A stretch of 20,000 bases of DNA from an uncultured virus (IMG/VR IMGVR_UViG_3300021142_000026) (IMGVR_UViG_3300021142_000026); one strand, 5' to 3'. Numbered from the stretch's first letter, positions 7,101 to 14,907 are shown. Translations and numbers: made by a program. The notes: a model not told the origin generated them from the letters alone.

Positions 7101-9524
7101 TCCTGGAACAAGGCAAAAACCACCGTAAGGTGTAGAGGATGCAGGTGTATAAGAAACACTAAGCCTTTGCCACGAAGTAGTGACAATGAGATCGGAACTA
7201 TTATGATCGGTGTATGTATATCCATCAAACAAATCAAGACATACAACTTGAGTACCTGAAGCACATCTTATGTATGCAGAGATAGTGTATGTTACCCCAG
7301 CCGCTAATGCCAGGTTGCCATATTCCCAGGCCGCGCTAGGGCTAAGTGCAACTTGGACTCCGGTGGTACCTCCCAGAGGATCAGCATAGCCTCCTGTGGC
7401 TGTTGCAGTATTGTACGCAAACCAACCATTCGCACCAGTAGGAGTTGATTGCGGAAGGAGATTTGTTGGGGCATCTAGAGTTATTACACCGAATTGAGGA
7501 TACGTCTGAGCACCCGTAGTCGTAGGCACAAGTGAAGAAGGAGCAGAGCCTGCTTCAATTTGTGACTGCCATTGATACCAATAGCCATTAGTGCCTGTAT
7601 AGCTTGTGTTTATGCGTCCAGGGTTAGTGGCATAGATACTGCAACCACAGTACGGATAGTAGGTCGTGTCGCTAAGTGAGCCTGCAACCCAAACACGATA
7701 CCAGCCGTTAGCTAGAGCAGTGATGCCAGATCCGACATAAATACCTGAACCTGAGACTGCCTGAAAAGTTTGAGCGCCTGTACCAGTAAGGTCAAAGATT
7801 ACATCAACATAATCCGAACCATTGGTAATGCCAATAAAGCAGTAGCGTCTGGAGACAGGCTTAATATAACGGCTAAAGCAGATGACTTGGTTCGCCGTCG
7901 TTGACAGCGTGTAAAAGTCATTGTGTGCACCATTACTAGTGTCTTCAGTCTGCTGCTGCGCAGAGTACGTACCATCAGGTGCTAATATATTAAAGGCAGT
8001 AATAGATGAGCCGTTGTGAGTCCAATTCGAATGTGAATGGTCGTTAGACGGCCAACACAAATTGGTTACACCTGTTATGGGATAGCTCAGAGTCCCAAGA
8101 TTAGGTGTAGTCACAGACATAGAAGATGCTGTGCCCGAATAGGTCAGGCTCGCGACGTCGGCGGCGCGGCTCGCCGTCGATGATCCAGTTGGGATGTAGG
8201 ACGTAGCAACCGAACCGGCTTCGACTTGCGGACCCCAGATATAGGCGCCCGAGACGCCGTCGCCAGCGAACTGGCCGCCAACCATCGCGAACTGAACCGC
8301 AGCTTGCGTTGGCCCGACCCAGATCGAGGGATATAGCGAGGTGGCAGTAGAGGCGATGGCGCTGATGCTTACCCGATACCAGCCATTGCGAACCGACGAA
8401 CAGGTTGCCCCGAGAAGCGTTCCCGAACCGAACGTGCCGGTAAAAGCCACCAATCCAGTCGAGAGATTGACAATCGCATATCCGCCGTTGTTGTCGTTAT
8501 AATCGCTCATGACCAGCCCGACGAAGTTGTCTCCATTCGCTTTGGCAAAATAACTAAACGTGTAGGGAGCAGAGGCGGTGCCGGTGATGCTCTGGTAATA
8601 CATGTGCGGAACACCCAGAGAAGAAATGGGGGTAGCCGCAATCACACCAGAGGTCGTTCCGTCAGGGGCAACGACTGCCGCGCTTGCGATTGACAAGCTG
8701 ATATCGTTGTTCCAGGGAAGATTTGTCGTCAGGCTTGTCGAGTAGGTCGCGAGGTTTGTCGCAGATCCCTCGACCAGCAGCCCGGCCGACGTGATGCGGG
8801 GGGCGGAAGTCGCGGCGGTCGTCGTGCGAGCGTAAGGTGTCGCTGTCGATCCAAGTCCAAGCTGCGCGCCGTAAATGTACAGACTTCCGGCATTGCCGTC
8901 CGCACTGTTAAGGCCGACGTCCGTAGTTGAAACCGTAATCCCGGAAGCGGTCGTGAACGTGTAGGAGTATCGAACCCACGACGACGTGGCAGTGATTGCA
9001 CCGCTGTTGCCGTTTAAGTTCGTGGTGTTGTCGTACCAATTGAGCCAAAAAACGCCCGTTCCGCGCACCCACATCGAAAGCGTGTAGGTCGTCGAAGCCG
9101 CCATGACCGGCGTTCCAGGCGACAGCAAATTGGGCACAAAAACGTAGGCGTTTCCGGCTCCGGTTCCGGCATTCCATGCAATCGCATTCGCCTTATTGTC
9201 GCCGAACGGATCGGTTCCAGCGTTTGCGGAAATGCTCGAAAGGCCGCCGTTCCCCCAATAGGCAGAGAGAACGTCGTTCGAATTTGGAAGAAGGTTTACG
9301 CCGAACCTCGTCGAGCCGTCGAGGCTGTAACCACCGGTCAAGTTGCTGAACGACCAGCCGGGATAACCTGACAAATTGTAGGGGATTTCATTATATGCAT
9401 AGGCTGCCTGAGAGGCAGATGCAAACAGCATATTAATCAGGTTATAATTTTGAGTAGGAGCTGCTGGGCCTACTGAAAAGCCTTTGCCGAGATTCTGTTG
9501 ACGATACAGAAGGGCAAGGGTCAT
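4155..9524 (-). CDS. Large virion fibre/spike protein: four head-spike/CBM-like modules plus a long basic 18-aa repeat region
   Basis: 1789 aa; four modules starting (T/V)NLx and ending in Qx(E/G)...(Y/L)xxT (e.g. GLLVEGSATNL...YIWGPQVEAGSVATSYIPT...RAAD); C-terminal half is ATxSQ(V/I)S repeats; SD GGAGG. Confidence 0.8.
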   Translation of the reverse strand: MTLALLYRQQNLGKGFSVGPAAPTQNYNLINMLFASASQAAYAYNEIPYNLSGYPGWSFSNLTGGYSLDGSTRFGVNLLPNSNDVLSAYWGNGGLSSISANAGTDPFGDNKANAIAWNAGTGAGNAYVFVPNLLSPGTPVMAASTTYTLSMWVRGTGVFWLNWYDNTTNLNGNSGAITATSSWVRYSYTFTTASGITVSTTDVGLNSADGNAGSLYIYGAQLGLGSTATPYARTTTAATSAPRITSAGLLVEGSATNLATYSTSLTTNLPWNNDISLSIASAAVVAPDGTTSGVIAATPISSLGVPHMYYQSITGTASAPYTFSYFAKANGDNFVGLVMSDYNDNNGGYAIVNLSTGLVAFTGTFGSGTLLGATCSSVRNGWYRVSISAIASTATSLYPSIWVGPTQAAVQFAMVGGQFAGDGVSGAYIWGPQVEAGSVATSYIPTGSSTASRAADVASLTYSGTASSMSVTTPNLGTLSYPITGVTNLCWPSNDHSHSNWTHNGSSITAFNILAPDGTYSAQQQTEDTSNGAHNDFYTLSTTANQVICFSRYIKPVSRRYCFIGITNGSDYVDVIFDLTGTGAQTFQAVSGSGIYVGSGITALANGWYRVWVAGSLSDTTYYPYCGCSIYATNPGRINTSYTGTNGYWYQWQSQIEAGSAPSSLVPTTTGAQTYPQFGVITLDAPTNLLPQSTPTGANGWFAYNTATATGGYADPLGGTTGVQVALSPSAAWEYGNLALAAGVTYTISAYIRCASGTQVVCLDLFDGYTYTDHNSSDLIVTTSWQRLSVSYTPASSTPYGGFCLVPGSANAAATVIFAFPQLEANPFPTGYVPTSGTAATGPSMPWLGQPITSLTVQEAFGAQMPAATGSQVSTTTPTFIAGSGGTVYSRTFTATANQTSIILKAIGTHLLNNASAPATVLKGTSKAIPYSAAQTSILNASKTFFRTLTAIGSQISSFTKNFGHVVVATASQTSKVANAISKQVPYNFSQVSTVIKQYATIYKATGSQVSSVNTIKSRLITLTAIGSQISVLRNAISKTIPYSVNMTKNLQNSITKFVPYSLAQTSKVVNAISKSIPYSVAQVSIVNLIKSRFVTLTATGSQISVMVKQFGHVFPYSVNTTKNLTNGIAKFITNSATQVSTSTPIKVHIQNLLATGSQVSTILKPVGKLLVATASSTKNLTNAISKFVPYSANTAKNLQNAITKKVPAATASQVSTIVTSKTFYRTLTATGNQISTFVKVFGKNLVATGSQISSLRNAISKFVPYSVTQASNAYKQWIHTFTSNATQVSSITTIKLKVQNLFATGSQISTLRNSITKLIPYSVGSAKTLTNGITKFVTNSVTQVSTVRKSTTKTLVATGSQVSVLNQSRTYSRLLAATASQVSTLSNVISKVVGYAAAQTSTVTKQYAHIFTKTATQISTLIAGHQYIRLLTATASQVSVSTAKRAISQVAYATANQVSTLTRNYGRFLYVLNSPIASVCNSITKTITGQATQTSTLSKAFVHTYVATASQVSSLFKVFGKTLIATASQTSKVQKQLAHTYYLFVSQVSTLQKGITKAIPYNVTQVSTVIKGQQKLLPYSVTQISTTARGFGKTLVAIANQVSLVRNNTQKLVYQYVQQVSNLIKTVGTTKAATASQSSNVVATKFAPRLLTATASQVSTLTKSFGHTFTSTATQVSVLGKQLGRTLLSLQAPIASVTKRYTHTYVAIANQVSVVYRSFPKVLTNTVTQVSNIFTVFYQAFKSKIDQVQLYGTRQTVQLVGIPRVTQMYGVRQISSISGEPSQDNNPI
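4287..6947 (-). repeat. Protein-level tandem repeat, ~18 aa (sometimes 20), roughly 45-48 units
   Basis: Recurring (ATAS/ATGS/PYSV)-Q(V/I/T)S-xxxKxxxKxx; Q-to-Q distance is 18 in QISSFTKNFGHVVVATASQ and 20 in QVSSVNTIKSRLITLTAIGSQ; degenerate at DNA level. Confidence 0.85.
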
Positions 9525-9551
9525 TTAGGCCTCCAAATGGAGAAGGAAGGG

Positions 9552-9580
9552 AAAAGGGTCCCCATAAATAATGAGGACCC
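9552..9580 (-). terminator. Probable intrinsic terminator/attenuator upstream of the large fibre gene
   Basis: Minus strand GGGTCCTCAT-TATTT-ATGGGGACCC followed by TTTTCCCTT. Confidence 0.6.
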
Positions 9581-9628
9581 AAAACCATAGTTCGCTAAAC
9601 ATAGTCATAGTTAGTAAGTAGGAGGCGC

Positions 9629-10303
9629 TTAGATCGGCACTTCTTCCCACAGCAGACGGCTGTAAACCGAGAAGGTGGTCGAAGAGACAGTGTTCAGCAG
9701 TGCCAGAACTCCCCCAGGAGGCACGATCAGCGAACCATCGATGTTCTGCACACCACCAGTCGGCACCAAGATAGAAGTAGAAACCAGCGTGGTATACGTC
9801 AGACCAGATGGGCTAGTGAAGTCCGCGCCTTCCAGAACCACCAGGTTGTTAGTAAGACCAGTCAGTGCAACACCACCGTTGAAGGCCTTCGACAGCGAAG
9901 CACCACCAGTAAGCGTCCTACGGTTGATCGGGGCAGCTCCAAGAGTGAGAGCTGCGTTGTTAACAGAAGCAGCCCAAACGAAAGCACCAGGACCGGCACC
10001 AGAGGTCAGGTTGTTCGCGACGCACTGGAGGCCAGCCTGCAGGATACTAAGGTTCACACCAGAGCCTGGAGGATTCCAAACACCAACAATAGGCGTAGTG
10101 GTAGCGGACAGCGAGATCGTGTTGGCAGACAGGGCAGTCAGCGAAGAACCTGCAGAATACAGGTTACCGCGATAAGCTTGTTCGTAAAAACGACCGTGCA
10201 GTTCAGAGACGATAGCATCGCCCTGCTTACCACCACGAGCGTTACCAGAAGTTGCACCGTCGGCAAGATTTTGAGGTCCAGTTTGCAGCTGAGACAGAGG
10301 CAT
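9629..10303 (-). CDS. Putative virion structural protein (beta-rich, jelly-roll-like)
   Basis: 224 aa, Gly/Ala/Ser/Thr-rich; motifs VWNPPGSGVNL, GSLIVPPGG, C-terminal WEEVPI; SD AGGAG. Confidence 0.65.
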   Translation of the reverse strand: MPLSQLQTGPQNLADGATSGNARGGKQGDAIVSELHGRFYEQAYRGNLYSAGSSLTALSANTISLSATTTPIVGVWNPPGSGVNLSILQAGLQCVANNLTSGAGPGAFVWAASVNNAALTLGAAPINRRTLTGGASLSKAFNGGVALTGLTNNLVVLEGADFTSPSGLTYTTLVSTSILVPTGGVQNIDGSLIVPPGGVLALLNTVSSTTFSVYSRLLWEEVPI

Positions 10304-10313
10304 CTTAAGTCTC

Positions 10314-10640
10314 CTATGAAGGGTTGTTAGCTAAGTACGAAGGATCTGCTCGACGTTGGTCGAGGTCTACTTGCATATTGAGACCCTCCATAAGAACTTG
10401 GGTCTGTAGGCGTAGTTCAGCTAAGATCAGCATGAACATGTAAGTTGGGTCGGGTCCCATTGCTGCCATAAGAGCTGGGAGAGGCTGAGCATTTGACACG
10501 AGGTATTCAGCATTCTGACCTCCAGCATCAAGTTGCACAACCTGAGTGTGGTACGGCAGCGGAGTAGGGTTCTGAGAACGGTCAATATCGCGGATGGTAT
10601 TGCCTGCTACGCCCGCATTAATAACTGTACCGTCTGACAT
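10314..10640 (-). CDS. Hypothetical protein (possible fibre connector with C-terminal amphipathic helix)
   Basis: 108 aa; SD GGAGG; helix FMLILAELRLQTQVLMEGL; tightly packed with neighbours. Confidence 0.7.
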   Translation of the reverse strand: MSDGTVINAGVAGNTIRDIDRSQNPTPLPYHTQVVQLDAGGQNAEYLVSNAQPLPALMAAMGPDPTYMFMLILAELRLQTQVLMEGLNMQVDLDQRRADPSYLANNPS

Positions 10641-10670
10641 CTAAACCTCCGCTATAACTGCCTTGGATTT

Positions 10671-10696
10671 GGGGGAGCCCACAAACAGACTCCCCC
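10671..10696 (-). other. GC-rich stem-loop without U-tail downstream of the 158-aa gene (possible mRNA-stabilising hairpin)
   Basis: Minus strand GGGGGAGTCT-GTTTGT-GGGCTCCCCC; the G-U pairs form only in the minus-strand RNA. Confidence 0.5.
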
Positions 10697-10723
10697 TCCT
10701 CTTAGCCAACCACCTAGTGGGGC

Positions 10724-11200
10724 TTAGGCGGCGACGAACTTGGTCTGGAAGGTGAAGGCGATCGAGTCACCAGAGTTCACGTTCACAGCCGAGAAGATGG
10801 CGTGGATCAGCAGGTTACCTGCAGACACAGCATCCAGAAGACCAGCTTCGGTGATGGCCAAAGACGATGTTGCAGTTACAGTTCCAGCAACCTGATAGGT
10901 ATCATTGGTCACCGTGGTAGTGGCACGAGTTTCAGTACCAACCGTACGACCACCAGAAGTGGTAGGCGCAGATTCAGTCTGAAGCGCAGTATCCGCCACA
11001 GCAGCAGCAGTCGTTCCGATACCCCAGCCAATGTTCTTGGCAGCAGTACCAGCCTGAATGATACGGTTCGTAACAATAGCCACACCAGCGCTGGTAAGCA
11101 CAGTGGCCAGCGAAGTCAAGCCCTTCTTCAGTTCATCCAGAAGAATGTCAGACACAGAAGGAGGCGACCAAGGCCTCGGGGCAACAACAGCTTGATTCAT
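10724..11200 (-). CDS. Tail-collar-fibre-like (P2 gpH N-terminal/DUF3751-like) virion protein
   Basis: 158 aa from ATG 11200 (SD GGAG); motifs VLTSAG, IGWGIGTTAAAVADTALQTE, ITEAGLLDAVSAGNLL, VNSGDSIAFTF. Confidence 0.7.
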   Translation of the reverse strand: MNQAVVAPRPWSPPSVSDILLDELKKGLTSLATVLTSAGVAIVTNRIIQAGTAAKNIGWGIGTTAAAVADTALQTESAPTTSGGRTVGTETRATTTVTNDTYQVAGTVTATSSLAITEAGLLDAVSAGNLLIHAIFSAVNVNSGDSIAFTFQTKFVAA

Positions 11201-11268
11201 TGGAGGTCTCCAATTGGGGTTGACGGGACGAAAAGAAAAGCAGAGCTGACTAATCAAGGTCTACAAGA

Positions 11269-11652
11269 TTAGGCAGCAGGAACATCGCTAGGAGGAGCAG
11301 GGTCAGCGGCAAGAGGAGTATCAGCCACAGGAGCAGGGTCAGCAACCACAGGAGCAACTGTCGGAGCAGATGCAGGAACAGCTGCCTTAAGTGAGGCCAC
11401 AGCGGTATTGATCTTGGCGACAGCGGCTTCCACACCAGCAGCATCTCCATTAGCCGAGGCCGCAGCCAGTTCAGCAGTCAGGGTCGCAATCTCATCAGTG
11501 GCTGCATGAACAGCATCACCCAAAGCAGCAACCGAAGCGTTCAGGTCATCGAGTTCTTGGGACATTTTATCTACCTTCTGTTGGAGGACAAAGATCTCAT
11601 GCGTAAGGGCGTGAGTTGCAGCAAGCTGTAGGGTTTCTGCATTATGCCGCAT
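11269..11652 (-). CDS. Hypothetical coiled-coil protein with Pro/Ala-rich tail
   Basis: 127 aa; heptads MSQELDDLNASVAALGDAV...EIATLTAELAAA; tail APVVADPAPVADTPLAADPAPP; SD AAAGG. Confidence 0.7.
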   Translation of the reverse strand: MRHNAETLQLAATHALTHEIFVLQQKVDKMSQELDDLNASVAALGDAVHAATDEIATLTAELAAASANGDAAGVEAAVAKINTAVASLKAAVPASAPTVAPVVADPAPVADTPLAADPAPPSDVPAA

Positions 11653-11664
11653 TTCAGGCCCTTT

Positions 11665-12288
11665 CTATTCTTCAGACCACACGACGTTGATGTCGAGTGC
11701 TCCACCAGCCGGCCAAGCAACACCCGTAAGAGTCGTTGGGTTGCCAGCAAGGTTTACACAGAAGTAGTCATTTACACCACGAAGCACGGGTGCTTGCTCA
11801 TTGATCCAGGAATACTGCAAAGCCAGACGGTCAATGGAGCCGTTAGCAGCAGGTGCAAGGTTCAGACGACCACCGTCCGAGAATCCACCATCAACAACCG
11901 TACCAAGACCGGTAGGTGCAGCAGACCACAGTCTCAGTGTAGCTGAAGCCATGTCATTTACAGTGTCACGACGAGGCGTAACAAGAGTAGAAGAAGCTCC
12001 ACCAGTGTTAGCACCATTACGCCGAACAGTGTTGATGAAGATGTTCGTAGGCGAAGTTGCAATGCCTGCAAACGTCAGCGTTCTGATACGGATGGTCTTG
12101 GTAGTAGAACCCTGAATCGTCAGAATATCAGTCGGCGTTGCATACGGAACATAACCCTGCGTGAAAGCAGCATACGAACCACGCATAGGTTCGTTGTCTG
12201 ACAGCTGGATCTTCCAACCTTTCCCGTCGTTAGAGTCGAGGTACATCAACTCATCGCCAGGAGGAATAACAATCTTGTAGTTCGACAT
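11665..12288 (-). CDS. Putative virion structural protein (beta-rich, jelly-roll-like)
   Basis: 207 aa; TDILTIQGSTTKTIRI..., APVLRG, C-terminal WSEE; SD AAGGAG. Confidence 0.65.
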   Translation of the reverse strand: MSNYKIVIPPGDELMYLDSNDGKGWKIQLSDNEPMRGSYAAFTQGYVPYATPTDILTIQGSTTKTIRIRTLTFAGIATSPTNIFINTVRRNGANTGGASSTLVTPRRDTVNDMASATLRLWSAAPTGLGTVVDGGFSDGGRLNLAPAANGSIDRLALQYSWINEQAPVLRGVNDYFCVNLAGNPTTLTGVAWPAGGALDINVVWSEE

Positions 12289-12321
12289 GGGCTACTCCTT
12301 ATTGAGGGTTACAGGAGAGCC

Positions 12322-12591
12322 TTACGGAGAGGTCGGAGCCACATAATCCGGAGTCAGGAAGTCCGCAGTGACACGAGCACCAACGGTATAACGCGCAAGA
12401 ATGTCGTCCAGATCAGCTTGGTTCGGAACCAGCTTGATCGTATGCGTCATCGACGCATCTTCAGACACCAGCTCCACCACGACGCCGTTCATAGTGGCCA
12501 TCACGGTTTGTCCGTTAAACTGGACCGGAACTTGAATGTCGGTCTTTGCGCAGCTATGGACAGTATAATTGACGTTCAGATTCATGGTCAA
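12322..12591 (-). CDS. Hypothetical small beta-rich protein
   Basis: 89 aa; overlaps the stop of the upstream gene; start may be the ATG at 12585. Confidence 0.7.
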   Translation of the reverse strand: MTMNLNVNYTVHSCAKTDIQVPVQFNGQTVMATMNGVVVELVSEDASMTHTIKLVPNQADLDDILARYTVGARVTADFLTPDYVAPTSP

Positions 12592-12902
12592 ATCCTTTGT
12601 GCGAAGTTACGGAGACGTTCAGCAGTCTTCAGGCACCAATGTGCAAGCCGAACATCCAGCCTGCGTTGGTCTACATTACCTGTCATATAGTTAGTGGCTA
12701 CCGAATCTCCGCCATCTTGCTTCTGCGGAGCATCACACATATTACCGCACTCGCACTTGTCAGTATCAAGGCCTTGAGCGCGAGGATGAGGTCTATGGCA
12801 CTTAGCGCACCTACGAAGGAGGACAACATCAGTTGACGTCTCAAACTGCAAGGTCTGAGTCATAACTTGAGGCTGTGGGTCTTTTGAAGACATGTGTGCC
12901 AC
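12588..12902 (-). CDS. Hypothetical zinc-ribbon protein
   Basis: 104 aa; CAKC...CECG cysteine pairs; start may be the ATG at 12893. Confidence 0.6.
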   Translation of the reverse strand: MAHMSSKDPQPQVMTQTLQFETSTDVVLLRRCAKCHRPHPRAQGLDTDKCECGNMCDAPQKQDGGDSVATNYMTGNVDQRRLDVRLAHWCLKTAERLRNFAQRI

Positions 12903-12923
12903 GACATCTTTGAATGATGACCA

Positions 12924-12952
12924 ATTTTAGTCTAAAACCAAGATTTTGACCA
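12924..12952 (-). promoter_or_regulatory. Possible sigma70-type promoter at the head of the inserted gene block
   Basis: Minus strand TGGTCA-N17-TAAAAT in an AT-rich intergenic gap. Confidence 0.4.
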
Positions 12953-12967
12953 GATGGACATTTTTGG

Positions 12968-13315
12968 TCACCAACAATCTTCTTCTTCCAATTCAGGAAG
13001 ATCGACGGTCATACCACGAAGATCATGCCAACAGTCCATTAGGAACTGAATACGACCATCTGTAATGAAACTGTGACACCTTCCATTTGGTCCTAGGTGA
13101 GTTGCTCGCGCGTTGACTAAGATAGAAGGCCTAACAGTTGGTCGATAGAGGTCGTCATTAAACTCCCACTTTGGCCGTTTAGTGCCACCTGTCTTAAACC
13201 AATGGCCATAGTTACATCCAGGACAATGGAATACGTAGCGTACATCTTCCTTTTCGTCTTCCCCACTCATAAAATCCGATGCATAAACCCTAACGCGCAA
13301 TACGGGTTCAGACAC
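12968..13315 (-). CDS. DUF6527-like Cys/His metal-binding protein
   Basis: FHCPGC..GH, WEFNDD..RPTVRPSI, CHSFITDGRIQFLMDCWHDLRGMTVDLP; SD GGAGG before GTG. Confidence 0.75.
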   Translation of the reverse strand: MSEPVLRVRVYASDFMSGEDEKEDVRYVFHCPGCNYGHWFKTGGTKRPKWEFNDDLYRPTVRPSILVNARATHLGPNGRCHSFITDGRIQFLMDCWHDLRGMTVDLPELEEEDCW

Positions 13316-13401
13316 TTTACCCTCCAGGAATCTGAGTTACAGCGGACGCGCTTCGAGCGGGCCAGAGGTAGCCAGGTGCGCAGTTATGGCCATTCTAGGG
13401 G

Positions 13402-14904
13402 TTATTTGGACTTGGGAGCTTGAGGATCGCCTTTGCCATTGGCATCTGAAGTGTTACCAGGGGTTGAATTGCCAGAGCCAGGACCACTACTCTTGGGTTT
13501 AGCAACTTTACCCATACCTTGGCCATTTGCAGGAGGTTCAGGTAAGAGTTTGGGTTCAGGAGCAGTACCATCGTTCGGAATTTCAGGATCCAGCTCCATA
13601 AGGTCACGAGCCTCTTCAATGGAATAGAGGTTAGGTACGTTAACAAGCGCCATAGCAAAGTTATTGGCAGCTGCCGCAATCTGGTTAGCACGCTGTGCGC
13701 GCTCCAGAGGAGACGGCGTATAAGCGTCAGGCCACTCAACTTTGACTTTAGACAGCTTGACCGTAGGCAGTTCACCTACTTCCATCATCTTCAGGATGAA
13801 GGGCTTAAGGAAGTAAGGCATAGAAGTCAAAGACCTGTAAGCATCCACACGCTCAGCCCAAGCACCCTTATCCTGCGTACTGGCTTGGTGCGACGACTCA
13901 GACCCAATCAGGATGCGCTGAGGAATAGCAGTAGTACCTGAGATCAGAGTGATCAAGGCTTTGTATGGACCAGTCGGATCCGCAACATCGGAACCCAGGT
14001 TCGTGACCTTAATTCCGCGAGTACGGATAAACCTGCGTTGCCCTTCAAAGTACTCAGTGACCTCCTGATTGAGGTTAGTCTCAGATTCAGGATCAAGGTC
14101 CATCTCGGGGTCAAGATCCATTTGCATACCGCGGTTCGCCGTATTCCAGAACGATTCGCTTGCAGCACCAATGACCTTCTGTAGGTCAGTAAGATAGTTC
14201 CAGATTGCCCAGAGGGAAGGGATCCCAAAGAGTTCGTTTTCCAGCTGACCTTGGGCACAGTGAATGACGCGTGTATAGTGTACACGGTAAGATCCTTGTA
14301 TAGGAATAGGCTGGACGGCTGCGATAGTTCCAGGCGCTTGGTCCTCAATTCGGGCCAGCTGCGGGTAAATGGTATACATGATCGGAAGGCAGAAACGTTT
14401 ATCACCAGGATTCTGCCCCCACTGAGTGATCTTAGCCGAACGATCCCCATATGCTTGGATGAAGGTGACCTTCTCATTCGGTCCAAGGGGCTTCTCCAGG
14501 TTGGTCGAATCTGTACCAATCAGCAGGATGGCGTATTGCCCGATATGGGTAAGACGGTCGAGTCGATGCAGAACAGACCAAACATTTTGGTCCATAACCA
14601 ACTCTTCCCAAGCTTTAGTCCAAGCGATGGTGGCAGCGACCTTCGGAGGATTACCCCAAACAGCATCTGCATAGGCATGCACGATCCGCTTGGCGATACC
14701 ACCTCGATGATACATCTCCCAAATGGCTTTGTAGTTGATCTTATTATCCCAGCCAAAGACACCGTAGAAGTCTCGACCCATACCGTTCTGGCCAAAGCTT
14801 CTGGCCCAGATGTCTCTGGGGTAATTGGTCAAAGCTCGCCAACCCGAAGAGGCAAGCTCTCCAATGGGTGCTGCACTTGCCATGATTCGCGACATGTAAC
14901 CCAT
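13402..14904 (-). CDS. Portal protein (DUF1073-type)
   Basis: 500 aa directly downstream of TerL; YHRGGIAKRIV, RVHYTRVIH, G.P.L...WNYLTDLQKVIGAASESFW, TAIPQRILIGSE..ASTQD...W; low-complexity C-terminus. Confidence 0.88.
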   Translation of the reverse strand: MGYMSRIMASAAPIGELASSGWRALTNYPRDIWARSFGQNGMGRDFYGVFGWDNKINYKAIWEMYHRGGIAKRIVHAYADAVWGNPPKVAATIAWTKAWEELVMDQNVWSVLHRLDRLTHIGQYAILLIGTDSTNLEKPLGPNEKVTFIQAYGDRSAKITQWGQNPGDKRFCLPIMYTIYPQLARIEDQAPGTIAAVQPIPIQGSYRVHYTRVIHCAQGQLENELFGIPSLWAIWNYLTDLQKVIGAASESFWNTANRGMQMDLDPEMDLDPESETNLNQEVTEYFEGQRRFIRTRGIKVTNLGSDVADPTGPYKALITLISGTTAIPQRILIGSESSHQASTQDKGAWAERVDAYRSLTSMPYFLKPFILKMMEVGELPTVKLSKVKVEWPDAYTPSPLERAQRANQIAAAANNFAMALVNVPNLYSIEEARDLMELDPEIPNDGTAPEPKLLPEPPANGQGMGKVAKPKSSGPGSGNSTPGNTSDANGKGDPQAPKSK

Positions 14905-14907
14905 TTG

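Noticed and set aside
4155..9524. Diversity-generating retroelement target
   Set aside because: No near-identical TR/VR pair differing at adenines and no reverse transcriptase in the window.
13402..14904. Anti-CBASS Acb1 label sometimes attached to DUF1073 proteins
   Set aside because: Size and position fit a portal; no 2H-phosphoesterase HxT/S pair domain is evident in the low-complexity C-terminus.
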